A stretch of DNA of 51,222 nt, filler included, from Sphacelaria rigidula (GCA_964200075.2; 3 parts of 3 records of this genome joined end to end with filler, not necessarily neighbours in it); one strand, 5' to 3'. Shown: positions 11,605 to 23,750, numbered from the whole stretch's first letter. Made by a program: numbers and translations. The notes: generated from the letters alone by a model not told the origin.

Positions 11605-12019
11605 TTGCAAACGCTCGAGGCGTCTACTCCACACGACTGCCGCGAGGCAGTCTAGCCAAGCCTGCGTGTGGATAATCGGCACACAAACCCGCCTGCGGGA
11701 TAAGTGTTGGGTCAGGTTTGCCCCTCTCTGAAAGGAAAAAATAAAACTGTATACTGTGCGAGTACTAGTTCGCAAGTTGCACCAGGTTCCACAGGAGAAA
11801 ATGGCTACTTAATAGAAATGGATCCACGGCTGATGTCAATAAGGGCTGGTTCCAGGTATGGTACGCATTTGGCAGTTGACATCTGGCACGGTTTCGGTTG
11901 CGTGCAACAGGCGTTGTCTCATCTGCGCTTCATGGATTTTTTCCAAACCAGAAGAACATCGACCACCATCGATGCTGCATTCATTCATGATACTTGTGCA
12001 GTATTGTACGCCTCAAGCC

Positions 12020-12117
12020 TTATTGGGCCGTAGGGGTAGTCCATCTGGACCACGCATACCTTTTTGGAGCGAAGGCGATGCCTATTCAACAGATGACTTG
12101 CTCTCGTCGTCTGAGGG
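12020..12117 (-). mobile_element. About 100-bp piggyBac-like mini-element
   Basis: Inverted copy of the unit at 13147-13448 (gtagtccatctggac core). Ends GAGGG next to TTAA at 12118-12121. Confidence 0.6.
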
Positions 12118-12121
12118 TTAA

Positions 12122-13142
12122 CCCTTAGGCGACGAGCGTCGCCTCGGAACAGTTGTACAGGCTGACGGTCCCGAGACATCCAGGGGTTTCCAGAGCTCGG
12201 GGTGGGGTGGTTTTTGAGGGGGGGGGAGGTGTCTCTCCGCGGGGCATCGGAGAAGTTCACGAAGCCAACCAAGTGTGTTTGGAAGTTTCCCGCGGAAAAT
12301 TATGAGCCGTGCACGAGGCCCGAGAGGCGCGGGATGACCATTCTGACCAATCACGGTCGTCAAAATGAGCACTTTTGTTCCGTCAGAGGTAGACACCTGG
12401 TGGACACCTTCGCCGTCTACCCTCAAATCTAATTTTGATCATGCCAAATCAACCATAGATTATATTACCAAAAAACAGGTGTTCGAGCATCTTCGGTACA
12501 CTGCGTCTGTCTGTTCAGTACCGCCTGAGCGTCCTTCTAGCTCCACACCTCCATCTGGTATAAAACGTCATGGCGCAACACGCGAGCGGCGGCCACGAGT
12601 ATCCTACGCACGTAGATGAAGACAAGTACTTCGACGGTGAGGCGACCGCCATCGCCGAGCAATGGCTCTGCGGTAGTCAGGGGCGTTCGCGGCGGTAGTC
12701 ATGGTGCGATATATCCAAACGCACGCTGTGGACACTCGGCACGTTCAACACTGCAAGATCCAGTACGCTGCAGACCGCACGTGCAGCCGCGGCATGATAC
12801 ACTACAGACTGCACAGCAAAAATATGAGGCGTAATAATCAGGTGATCGACAACCACACCACCGTCTGTGTTATCACTCTAACAACTATGTGCCTCTTATG
12901 CACTCCCGGTTGCTTCCGCCGTAGAGTAGGCGTTTTGAGTTGTGACAGGAATGATCCTGAACCCAAAAAGTGGAGTGCCTACCTCAGTCTACCACCGGGG
13001 GTGCACTCATGATCATGCATGCCATAGTCATAAGATCATTGACCTCGCATCCCTACAAAGCCGGGACGGAGCACGCCGGGTTTTCGCCGGACTAGGCTCT
13101 CTCGCTCGCTTCGCTACCAGCGGCGGGGTCGCTGTCTAAGGG
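12122..13142. mobile_element. About 1-kb non-autonomous piggyBac-like element
   Basis: TTAA|CCCTTAGGCGAC ... GTCGCTGTCTAAGGG|TTAC. Its segment 13020-13093 recurs almost identically at 16891-16963. Confidence 0.6.
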
Positions 13143-13146
13143 TTAC

Positions 13147-13448
13147 CCCTTTGACCGCGAGGGGAGGTTACCTGCTGAATCGGCATCAATTTCATTTGAA
13201 AAAATTAAGCATAGTCCAGGTGGACTACGTTAGCGGTCTAACAAGATAAGGCTTAATTAAGCCCTATACCGCGACGATAGGTCACCTGCTGAATCGGCAT
13301 CGTTTTTTACTTGAAAAACGTATCGGTGATCCAGATGGACTACCCGCTTCGCGGTCCCCGCGAGGGTTGGTTACCTGCTGAATCGGCGTCAGTTTTCACT
13401 TGAGGAAAGTATGCACGGTCCAGATGGACTGCCCTCGCGGTCACGGGG
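13147..13448 (+). repeat. Three tandem ~90-115 bp piggyBac-like mini-units
   Basis: ACCTGCTGAATCGGC at 13170, 13284 and 13373, each followed by TCCAG(G/A)TGGACT. Outer ends are CCCTTTGACCGCG ... CGCGGTCACGGGG|TTAA. Confidence 0.8.
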
Positions 13449-13544
13449 TTAAACCCGTGTCACGGATACAGTACTGTCAGATTTAAAAATTAGAGTTCTG
13501 GACAGCTATCGTACAGTACAGAAGTCTGCACACGAGAAATGACC

Positions 13545-13760
13545 CAATCGAGAGTTTCGGAAAACGCTTTTTTGTCATTTCAGAGTGCAAATATCTCCGG
13601 ATCACAGTGCAGAAAAAAAAAAAAAATCGAGAAAAAGTCAAGGGCATACCACATTTGACGAAGAGGGGAATGATTTCTCGTGACACTCTGATACTGAGAT
13701 ATATACATTTGCATGCTGAAATGACAAAAAAACGTTTTCCGAAACTATATTTTCATTTTC
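13545..13760. mobile_element. Hairpin/MITE-like element
   Basis: About 40-bp IR: agtttcggaaaacgctttttgtcatttcag (13553) vs ctgaaatgacaaaaaaacgttttccgaaact (to 13746). Confidence 0.7.
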
Positions 13761-14079
13761 ATGTTACAGTACAGTACTTGATATTTCGTGCATTCATGCT
13801 ACCACTTCCACTGAATTGACAGCAGCAGATCAACATAATACTCGCCCGTCCCAAAGGGTGGGTAAGGAACAATGCAGGGTAGAGTGATCACACATACTGT
13901 ACAGTAGTCAGCGTCAGAAGTTTGCAGAATGCGTACTTTCTTAGATTCTCAAAGATCGTTCAAATTTGTTTTGCTTGCCACCACTCATCACAGTGACTGT
14001 TGCATAAAAAAAAATGGGCACCCGGAGACATTTTATGCCTCTTGATACATATTAAAAGAAAAATTATCTTTGATCAATA

Positions 14080-14960
14080 ATGAGTGACTTACGGGCTTGA
14101 CCGATCTTCGGGGGTCCCGTGAAAATACGATCCCAGGCTCTAGCTTTTCGGTATTTTCGGTAGACCGACTCGATCCGGATCATATAAATTAAGACTCATA
14201 GGGGATTGTTTTTTTGAAATTTCACCTGGTCACTGCGCTAAAGCAGGAAAACTATGTTTCTTGGGTCATTTACGGTCAATAACACCCTCCTGATAAACGG
14301 GGTCTTTACCCGGTATCGCCCCCACGACACCAACTTGGACGATTGTGATTTGAGCACGGTTTGCTTATTTTTCCAAAATTTCGACGGAAGCACTTTCGAG
14401 TGCTCATGGAAAGTGTTGACGAAAAAAAACGAAAATGGGCCATTCGCAGAAAAAGCTAGACTGAGGACTGTGCAGTATAGGAGGGAAACACGATCTCAAT
14501 CGTTTTTGTGAAGAATTTCATACGTTTTCGTTCATCTGAATATTTACCGTTTCGCCGCTGAAGAGCGGGAAAACTGCTCATATTGGACCAGAAACGGTCA
14601 ACAACACCCTCCTCATAACGGGGTATCGAGTCCGTATCGCCCCACAAACACCAACGTGAGCACTGCAGTTTGAGCGCGGCCTACGCCTTCTTCCTATATC
14701 TATGGGCGCTAGCACATTCAAGTAGTTGTGAAGAATAGTATTCAAGAAAAACTAGAAAAATAGAATTACTACGAATTCTGAAAAAATTCTGATGCTGACT
14801 ACTACAAAAGTGGCATACAACTGTGGAAAGGGTATCCGGCCTCATGGAGGAGTATTTCGGAACCGAAACCGCTCATTCACGGATTGAGCGTTTTGATCCT
14901 CAGCCGTGTCCTCTACTCTCAATCTCACGAAAACACTGTTTTCCAGACAAACAAGGAGGG
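14080..14960 (+). repeat. Dispersed repeat with an internal ~320-bp duplicated unit
   Basis: acggtcaa(t/c)aacaccctcct at about 14272 and 14594. The first ~350 bp is homologous to about 45933-46285, and the right end matches the 1753-2095 family. Confidence 0.7.
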
Positions 14961-16439
14961 AGGGGAGGAAGAAGCGGTCAGGTTCGGTATCTGCCCTGGC
15001 GCCTGACCCTGAGGCGCGTGTGCGATGTTGGCGCACTCCCGGATATCACACGTCGCTGGACGCCGATGGTTGGTTGATCAAGGGTGGTTAAGCGTTTTAC
15101 GGTGAGTATCAATGGAAAAATCCAAAACTACACGCTTCGCTGCTGGATCATGACCCCTACGGTTGCGAGTACCACCACCGAAACAGCAAACAGGAAAAGC
15201 ACAGCCCGAATGAAGGTCCTTTACTTATGAACCCTGATACCGACACAGCAACAGTATTTCCACTTCGCCAACTGAAGATTGCGGTACTTGATGCTAGACG
15301 GGACACGCTCTTCCGGTTTACAGTGCAAAAACTGAGCCTATTCCGACTCAGATACACGGGCGGCGTAGGAACACAACCGGAGACGCAGGAAAAGTGACTA
15401 GGAACGAAAGTACCGTGATGAATTTTGGCAGTCATCCACACCCGAACCGTACAATCGGCTAACTTGGTTTTTAAATTAAAACAAAGATAAACGGATTGAA
15501 TGAAACGCCAAAATACGCACTGAAAACACCCGCCCATTGACTTCACTGCACACAAAGCAACGTTGTGAATAATTTATTCTTATTCATCTTGATTTGTCTT
15601 CACCACCGCACGCCCAGAAAGAAAAAAAGCCCCTTCCCCTTCTACTTCTTCGCTGGCCGGCTTCGCCTGTTGAGCATCACAGGACGAGACACAAGAAAGG
15701 CAAAGTAGAAGGTCGAATTGGGAATAACGTAAACAACAGAGTTTGGGTTTACTCTGGGACATGCAGAATCACGTAGAATATGTGCGAATCATTACTGGAG
15801 GAACGAACGGTGAAGCACGTTCCAGTGACGTTGCTTGGCTACTCATCATCATTTCGAAACAAACTCGAAAATTTCCGCACAAATTAGGTACGGTGAGTCA
15901 TATACAGCATATCTACCGAACAACTGAGAATCGTCGCTTGGGTGAAAAAAATCTACAGAGCTTACACAGGTAATCAAGATATACTACTTGAAAAAATGTG
16001 AGCTCGACGCACGTATTACCGTAAGAGACAGTTTCCCAACCTTCTCGTGCAACTGTTGCGGTACTTCTCAGAGAGCAATAAGATGCGCTCATATGGTGTA
16101 GGCTTTAGTTCCGTATGCGCGCATCAAGTTGAGCTCAATCTGGGGGTTTTGAGCTTAAATAGGCCTTTTGATTGCGAAGCTTATAATAAGCTCCATGTGC
16201 TTGGAACGCGCACAAGACGAGCATAAAGTTGCGATAAGTTTTCATGCGCCTCCTTCAGCCAGCTGCCCGCAAGTGCTCCATGTGGCGTGACTCGTCATCA
16301 GACAGGCCGACAGGCTTCAACACCTCAAACTTTCATGGTTGTGTTTTCTGTTCCTGTTTTGTTGCGGATCTGATTAGCAAATTGTTCCACTTTATATTTT
16401 ATATTCACGGTACTGGTTGTTCTAAAAATATGTGGCCTG

Positions 16440-16820
16440 TCTGATGAAGACTTTCGCATAGGCCAAGCTCATCGACTAGTTTATATGAAGCAGCATGCAG
16501 GATACACCGGGAACGAGGCCCCCCAGCTTGCTGTTTCCCCCCATGTAACTCCCGAGATCATGTCGGGCCTACCGTCCGAGAATGACAACTTCTTGATCGC
16601 GGCCTCAGGCACACACTCAGATTACGGTTTGCTGTCGTTTTGGGACGACAAGAAGTACAGGATTCCCAGTTGGTGTCTCGTGGCGATAAATTTTGTATTT
16701 ACCCAGCCGTCGTCCGCGTCCATGGAGCGAGTATTTCCGATTTTTAGTGAGTGCTTGAGCTCGCAGCAGGACAAGGCGCGTTAGGTGACCGGTTCGAATC
16801 CGCGCCTATGATCAAGTAAA
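16440..16820 (+). pseudogene. hAT transposase C-terminal dimerisation-domain relic
   Basis: LLSFWDDKKYRIPSWCLVAINFVFTQPSSASMERVF matches the W...P.L..A...P.SSA..ERVFS pattern of the hAT dimerisation domain. Stops flank it on both sides. Confidence 0.8.
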
Positions 16821-17008
16821 ATCGGTACCGGTAGTTCGACAAGATTTTCAATGTCGACTGACGATAGATGAGTGTAATCATAACCACGGGTGCCATAGTC
16901 ATGACATCATTGACCTCGCATCCCTACAAAGCCGGGACGGAGCACGCCGGGTTTTCGCCGGACCAGACTCGCACTCATTCACCGAGCGCGAAGCACCGTG
17001 GTGTGTTC

Positions 17009-17108
17009 NNNNNNNNNNNNNNNNNNNNNNNNNNNNNNNNNNNNNNNNNNNNTTAATTAATTAANNNNNNNNNNNNNNNNNNNNNNNNNNNNNNNNNNNN
17101 NNNNNNNN
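17009..17108. other. Artificial contig spacer
   Basis: N44-TTAATTAATTAA-N44, which puts stops in all six frames. Confidence 0.97.
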
Positions 17109-17789
17109 GGGCGATCCAGGACCAGGCAGTCTTACGCTAAAAAAAAAAGGTCAACAGCCAGCATTCCCGTATAAAAAAATCATACGCACCCCATGTATCT
17201 TTCGACGGTTGAACAGGGTTTAGTACCGCATTTTCAGTACAAACCAAGCGTTATTTCGCTTGTGGATTTCTCCACCGTGTCTGTTCTACCAAGCCTGAAA
17301 CTTGGCACAGAGGTAGACCACAAAATAGACAGCATATTCCCGGAGCGGCGGCACGTTTCACGTGGTGTGCTAGACGCACGAAGCAAAATGCGGATTTTGG
17401 GCAATGTCGTCGATACAACCTCAAAAAGCAGTCCCCTCGGCCAAGACTGCGTGAGACGTCAGTGGATGCATATGTTGACACGCAGATACGCTTACTTCCT
17501 GCTGGGTGGCTTTTGCCCCAGGAAACGAACACATCGATCCGTATTGCGCACACTCTGGATGATGTCATTCTACGCGGTACCTATGTTGGTATCGCCTGTA
17601 GAGGTGTTCGTTTCAGGAGACACGGTCGTGCAAGCGCTGTTAGTGCTTTCACGTGCTGAAACTCCGACCACATGTTATGTAGACTACAGACAACAACCCC
17701 ATCTTGCTGAATCTGGGGTTGCGCGGTGTGTGTGTGCGTACTGGGGCGAAAAGATGTCGGATTCTGTTCCGATTTTTTTCTTTTGGCGT

Positions 17790-18420
17790 AAGACTGCAGG
17801 GTGGCCTGAGCAAAACCAGTTGAAGTGCCTGCGGGACGACTTTAAGCTTTCGGAGGCAAGAACAGCTCTACGGACGACAACCGACACAGGTTCGGAGTTG
17901 AAAGTGCCCTCTGGCATTCAGCAGCGAAGAAGGAAGGGGGGATATCATGGCACGCGGGGGTGCTGCAGGGAGCGGAGAGGTTCGTGATCTCTTGGCACAA
18001 GATCGAGGAAGAGGCCAACCGACTACTTGCGGTTAAACGGGAGCTTTGAGGGGAGCAGGGAGGAGATGGAAGAATGCGTAGCCAGCGTGTGCCGAACTGG
18101 ACATGGCGGATGTGGCAGGGCCCCTCATCATCTCCCTTGTATTATTTTCTCCGGCTAATTGCTGACTTCCATGCACCCCTCCCCCGAGGTGGTGGGTGTT
18201 GCTGTGTGGTGCTTTTCCTATGCCTAGTATAATCGTACACATAGCTGTCCCGCTGAAGTTATAGGGATAGAACCCTGTGATTCTTTTTGCTTTTGGCTGG
18301 TGATCGTTGTTTGGCTCTCTTCCTGTTTGGCTCCGCGTGTTGACTGGACCAATGAGCCCTGCATCCAGCAACCAGAATGGTCGCATACGGCATCGGAACT
18401 GGGGCTGTAGCAGTATCTAC
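17790..18420 (+). mobile_element. RTE-like LINE 3' fragment with 3' UTR
   Basis: Frameshifted translation GWPEQNQLKCLRDDFK / RFGVESALWHSAAKKEGGISWHAGVLQGAERFVISWHKIEEEANRL fits the C-terminus of RTE-clade ORFs (recalled pattern). The 3' limit is approximate. Confidence 0.65.
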
Positions 18421-21373
18421 ATATGTGTATATATATATTCCTTCCTCTTCTTTTTTTATTTTACTTTTCATCACGCCTGTGTAATTTTCTTCTGTGCCCG
18501 ATACTATTTTTGTTTTTTTTACTCTATATTTGGGCAGCTAGCCTGTGACCACGGAAGGCGTCTGCATCAGATGACCAGTACAGAATACTACGCAGATATC
18601 GGAACGGTTTTTCAATGTGACGACAACAATGACGACGACGACGAAAACAACAACAACATTATCAACAACAGAATAGATTGGAAAGTGTAAGTGAACAACG
18701 TCGCATGGTGCCTGTCGACAATCACGTTCGATACAGGTCATACGCTTCACGTTTCTCTCGCAACTCGGAAACCACGACGCCGTTTTGAAAAGAACTCAAG
18801 GTTTGTTGAAACGGTCCCAGCGTTGATAGTACGTACGTGGCTTGCGCGAGCTGAGTTCTCTTCTCGCCGCACATTGAGCTCCGCATATACACAACACCGC
18901 GATGACGGCACTGAAGTCAAGGCTGCGTCCGTCACTATCCCCACCAAACGCCTCATCAACGTCCATGCCGCAGGTTCGAGGGGGTTCGAAAGTATCCGTG
19001 ATACCACCGCAAAATTACTAGTCACGTCGGAGCGATAATCTTTGGTGATCCCAGTCTTAATGATGACATTACTCCTCACAATATTCCGTCGGGCGATCTG
19101 ACCACAGTTGATCAGGGAGACTAGATTCCACGCACTTCGGCCCAGATCCATACGCACAAAAGTTGGGCCAAGACGGACCCCCATGTGCAGGCCCCCCTGA
19201 AACCCCAAGCTCACTGTTTACAAGATTTTGTACTCTCGACAGTCCCGTCAGGGTTCGAACGGTGGTTTCGTAGGCGTAGATGGATGCCGAGTGAACTCGG
19301 GCGGTTAGCAGGGGTGTCACAACAATAAAAGTTCGAGCCAGCGGGCGTGCAGCAACTTTTGACGTGGGAAAGGTGGGAGAGTGCGCACGTAGTATTTTAC
19401 ATGAATGCATCATTCCTGCTATGTGTGCTGACATCTCCGCAAAAGCGTGGCCACATGCACCGCTGGTACGACCACCGATCCTGTTGAGCTGGTCGTGAGA
19501 CGACAAATATGCGGCTGATTGCGGGTCATGCGCGAGTACCTATGACGTGCTGCATATGCGTGGCAACAGCCTCACCTGTGTAGGATTTGTCTCTTAGCCG
19601 CCCCCGCCCCCAAATGGTGTTTAAATGCTGAGACATACTCATGAGGAAGTGTGCAACCCGTGGCTGTCTCTGGAAGTGGCGCTACCAAAAAATAAAGTGG
19701 CTCATGGTAGGCTGCCATCCAGGATATGTAAGATAATCAGTAAGTTTTGGGCCCAACAGTCTTAGCAAGATGCATCTCACCCTTCGTGCGACTCGCCGAA
19801 CACATCACGGCTCTTCGCGCTTCGTGATCGATTCTGCAGGGATGCGAAGTCAATGGTCTCATGGCTACGGCATGCAAGATCAGTGGTACACCCCCCGCGC
19901 GCCCCCTCCCCCTCCGGAGCCTGCTAGTTCACCTCCCAACCAGGAATCGATGCTTCGAGAAGGATAACGGCGACGAATTAGGGGTAGCGAACAGGTACTG
20001 TCGTTCACACCTCAGCATTGGGAACGTGCATCCCAAATTGCAGGGAAATTGTGGGAGAACTGACAGGTTGCTCTCCCATGTATCAAAACCAACCTCAACT
20101 GCTGAGGGCAGTTCGTTTTTGGTGTGTTTTCGAAGAGATGAAATAGCAAAAGTGTCCGAACGAGCGGTCAGGGTGTGCGCAGCGCACTCCGGGGTCATTG
20201 TGCGGTTGCAAGGGCATGCTTGGTGTGACACGCATATCTCCTGCGCGTGTTGTTTGCTCCCGATACACGTCTCAGTCTCTTCGACGTGGTCAGCCTGTAT
20301 CATCGCCAAGCTGATGTGTGCCTACGCAATTTCACGGGTCACCGGAGCAGGCAGCGTATGCGCTCCGTAACATGGGGGTGAACGCCGCAGTATTATGATG
20401 TTTTGGAATTTACAGCGAGGGTGGCGGCCTGGGAAACTCACGATTTTTATCCTCGTGTCTGCAGTCCCGCCACTTGCTTTCACTACCGCGAGCTGACTCC
20501 CACGAGATGACTCCCACGAGATGACTATACGTTGTTTTTTCCCACACTCAGATGCCGCGAGTTATGTACACACTACGCGGCGCAACTTCGATGCGACGCA
20601 AACCGTTTATACGAAGTGCATGGGTAACGCTTTAGCCAAACCGTTTCACCGTCAGCAGAGTGGTTCACCCGTCGAACTGCCATCATCTTCACTCGAAGAA
20701 CGACTTCAAGGCCCGGACGATCCATACTGGCGGCCAACGGGTTGAATGACACCGTGGTTGCTTTTCGCTTGATAAAATCAAGCGCAAGCACCTGAGACCC
20801 ATGATTGCTCTGGGCGTCCACTCCTGGATGAAAAGTCTACCATTCTCCTCTGACTCCCAGGGCTGGTCATCTTTTCAACCGGCATTGTTCCTCCTTGCCA
20901 AATGGGCTTGTGGGCCCCGACGACCCGCCCTGGCGGTGTAGCGGTTTACCTCACCGCCATTAACTCATTCTGAGTTTTTCGATATGGAACCGAGAGGAAG
21001 AAAAAGAAGCTCCGGAGGATATCCCTGGTTGATCACGGTTTCGTCTACACGAGTGGTGAAGTGAAGTATATTCTCAACAGGAAAAATAAGATGAACGACC
21101 TGTTCCGTATGCGTTGCCGTCCCGGAGGTCGATCATCGAGTTATGAACACCATCGAGTCCTCGGGTGCGAATTGATACGCCTTCGTCAGTGACTGCTAGG
21201 CCGTCTGGGCGCGTCGTTCATCTTTCTGGAATATTGATGACAGAAGACACAGGAAAAGGGGCCATTGTTTCCGAGGACCAGTATCTACCACTACTCCGGA
21301 GTGCGGCAGGGACATTGGCGGGCAGCTTGTGGTACAATGATCTTCTGCACGTTAATGAAAAGCTCCAAACTAA

Positions 21374-21634
21374 CCACGGTCAGGACGAATCATCACGACT
21401 ACGAATCACCAAATCCACGATTTCTTCGGCTTGATTGCCCAGACGGGAGAAGAAAGTTGATTGCTGGTCCAAGGGGTATCCACGCAACTCTTGCGCCATT
21501 CCACGTGTCTGGGCTGCGTGTATCTGGGTTACAATGCTGAAAACGAAACCTAGAGATTGACTCGTACGATTCGAATCAATCATACTAAAACCAAGTATTT
21601 TCCAGACGAATCATTATCTGTCCGACCCTTGAAA
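21374..21634 (+). repeat. About 260-bp dispersed repeat
   Basis: Aligns along its full length with 44718-44979 (for example gtatccacgcaact..gcgccattccacgtgtctggg). Confidence 0.85.
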
Positions 21635-21724
21635 CCAACCAAAAACCCGACTCCTCATCACAATCGTATTTAATTTTCCGGGTGGACTTTCGGGAGTGGC
21701 TCCACGAGATACATTCGCTGTAAA

Positions 21725-21820
21725 GGCATCTCCAACTCGACGTTCCTGGTACATTCAACTATAATATCGTACTATAAATTACAGTTAACTATAGCAGGAG
21801 CATCGAGTTTGAGATACCTC
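21725..21820. mobile_element. About 100-bp MITE (GAGGTATCTCAAACTCGA family)
   Basis: ggcatctccaactcga ... tcgagtttgagatacc. Relatives at 21887-22795 (interrupted) and about 24150-24233. Confidence 0.7.
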
Positions 21821-21931
21821 CAGTACCCCGCGTATTCTGTTCGGAACGTGAGGTATATTTACACTTGTTTTAACCTTCGTTAGTAGAGGTATCTCAAACT
21901 CGAGGATCACAATATATTTGACTGTATTTTA

Positions 21932-22748
21932 GACTCACCTTTATGGCAACGAATCTCGATTTGTACAAACATGAATTCAGCCCGTCTACAGGTGATTTTC
22001 CCCCGTGGATCGATTTTTCGGACCCCAGTCCGTTGGGCAATGTTTTTCGCCTAGCTGTGAGCAAACCAGATCATTTCTCCGATTTTCTCAGTAGAGTTCA
22101 CCACTTGGGATAGTGAGAAATTTCTCAGATAGTTCAACTTGATTTCAGTCTGAACAGCGAAAATCCGGATCTCTAATGGGGCTATGCTCCAAGCGTGCTC
22201 CTAGCTTGCGCAGAACACGCTTTGGTCGAAATCGGCGCCTGGGGCGCCGATTTGAGGTCTTGTAACGCACCCTTTGCCCATGTAACACTCTCCACCGCTC
22301 GCCCAAGGGTTCTCGGTGTGCCTTCGTTGGAGTTAGGGTTAGGGTTAGGGTTAGTGTTAGTGTTATAGTTCGTTCGAAGTTATAAGTTTCTGAGATATTT
22401 CTCACCACCCCAAGTGGTAAACTGACCTCGATTTTCTGGGCGTTGACTTTCGATTCATCATCGTTCTGCTGAACTCGGGACAATCCCGCATCTTCTAAGC
22501 ATCTCCCCCGATTTTTTTGAAAAAATCGAGGGAGATGCGGGATTGTCCCGATTTGGGCAAAAAGATGGTGAACGGAAAGTCAACGTCCAGAGAATCGGAG
22601 AACTGATCTGGTTTGCTCACAGGAAGGCGAAAACCATTGCCCAACGGACTGGGGTCCAAGATGTCAATCCACGGGAGAAGATCGCCTGTAGACGGGCTGA
22701 AATCCTCATATTTCTACAAATTGAGATTCGTTGCTATAAAAGGGGGTC
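21932..22748. mobile_element. PIF/Harbinger (Tourist)-like foldback MITE, interrupted by a further insertion
   Basis: About 160-bp TIRs continuing into a palindrome centred near 22519. Flanks TTA/TGA. A second copy at 47779-48164 has a TAA TSD. Confidence 0.8.
22089..22428. mobile_element. TIR element carrying telomeric repeats
   Basis: About 50-bp IR (caccacttgggatagtgagaaatttctcaga / tctgagatatttctcaccaccccaagtggt). 9-bp duplication CGATTTTCT at 22080-22088 and 22429-22437. (TTAGGG)3(TTAGTG)2 at 22333-22362. Confidence 0.75.
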
Positions 22749-23037
22749 TGAAATACTGTGAAACGTACAGAGTACCTTCGGTTTAAGATACTCTCATCAT
22801 GACGTTAGACCCTGATATCCATAGGATAGTCGGTCAATGACATGGTTGATCATAGCATGTCACGACAAAAGGATCATGTCGGCACGTTTCGAGTTTTCCA
22901 CGCAACAGGGCGACACTAGGTTTTCATTTCCAAATTATACGACGTAGTAAGAAACAATATTCCTCAGTCCGGAGATACCCCTGGCTGCTGTACCTCAGGA
23001 AAGACTGCAGCGAAATGTTTGCAACGCCACAACTTTC

Positions 23038-23211
23038 CGCACCTCGGACATACCCGCATATATATTATATGGTAAATATTGCAATAGACAAAAATGTACC
23101 GCGTATAATACAGGTCTCTTGCAACTATTGTTCGGCATACTAAACGCGGTACATTTTTTGTCTACAACACCTGTTACAATATATAATATGTTGTATTTTG
23201 TCCAAGGTGTG
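23038..23211. mobile_element. 174-bp hairpin MITE, hAT-type
   Basis: TIR C(G/A)CACCT(C/T)GGACA, inner IR tagacaaaaatgtaccgcgt, perfect 8-bp TSD CAACTTTC. Absent at the homologous site of repeat copy B (about 24535). Confidence 0.85.
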
Positions 23212-23750
23212 CAACTTTCATGTGCAGGCCTGGAGAATCGCGGAGGAATGAGTCATCTCGACGGTGTTATACTTCGTCACCCAAGATGCACATATCCCAC
23301 GTGGATGCAGGCGAGACGGTAGAGAGCAGGATATCGGGGGTACACATGTACACGTACGAGTACGATATACACGACCAAACAGTTGGCCTCACCGCCATTG
23401 GCTTATTTTGAATTTTCTAAAGCTCGGAAATGTCACCAGTTATGACTGGCCATTATCGTCATCATTATAATCATATTATAATGGTAATGGTTATATATAA
23501 ATTTTTGATAATGATTTCAAACCATTATTTACCGTTACCGGCATTGTAAGCCGTTACCGACTACGTATACTAGACAGCCCTTGAAGTTAGCCCAAATTCA
23601 ACGTGTATTTTAGCTCTAGTGAAGCCAAATCGCGTTAAAACGTGACTCCAGCACGGCGCCTCCAGCGGGACCCCCTCTGCCGGGGGGGGGGGTTGGCTCG
23701 AGACTGCGGCGCTCGATGACCAAACTACCATGTACCATTCGACGGGTTCA

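Larger units (their letters stand above)
20960..23345 (+). repeat. Unclassified repeat, copy A, split by several nested insertions
   Basis: 20975-21340 aligns to 23882-24360, and 22860-23345 aligns to 24380-24672. Confidence 0.75.

Noticed and set aside
13147..13448. CRISPR-like array
   Set aside because: The units are homologous along their whole length with no unique spacers, spacing is irregular, no cas genes are present, and the context is eukaryotic.
17053..17064. TTAATTAATTAA as a biological motif (also at 34161-34172)
   Set aside because: It is centred in exact 100-nt N spacers and is a six-frame stop linker.
17193..17987. 264-aa ORF, the longest in the window
   Set aside because: No recognisable domain, and it runs into a frameshifted LINE relic.
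20494..20526. 14-bp tandem duplication tgactcccacgaga
   Set aside because: Ordinary slippage-type duplication with no further structure.
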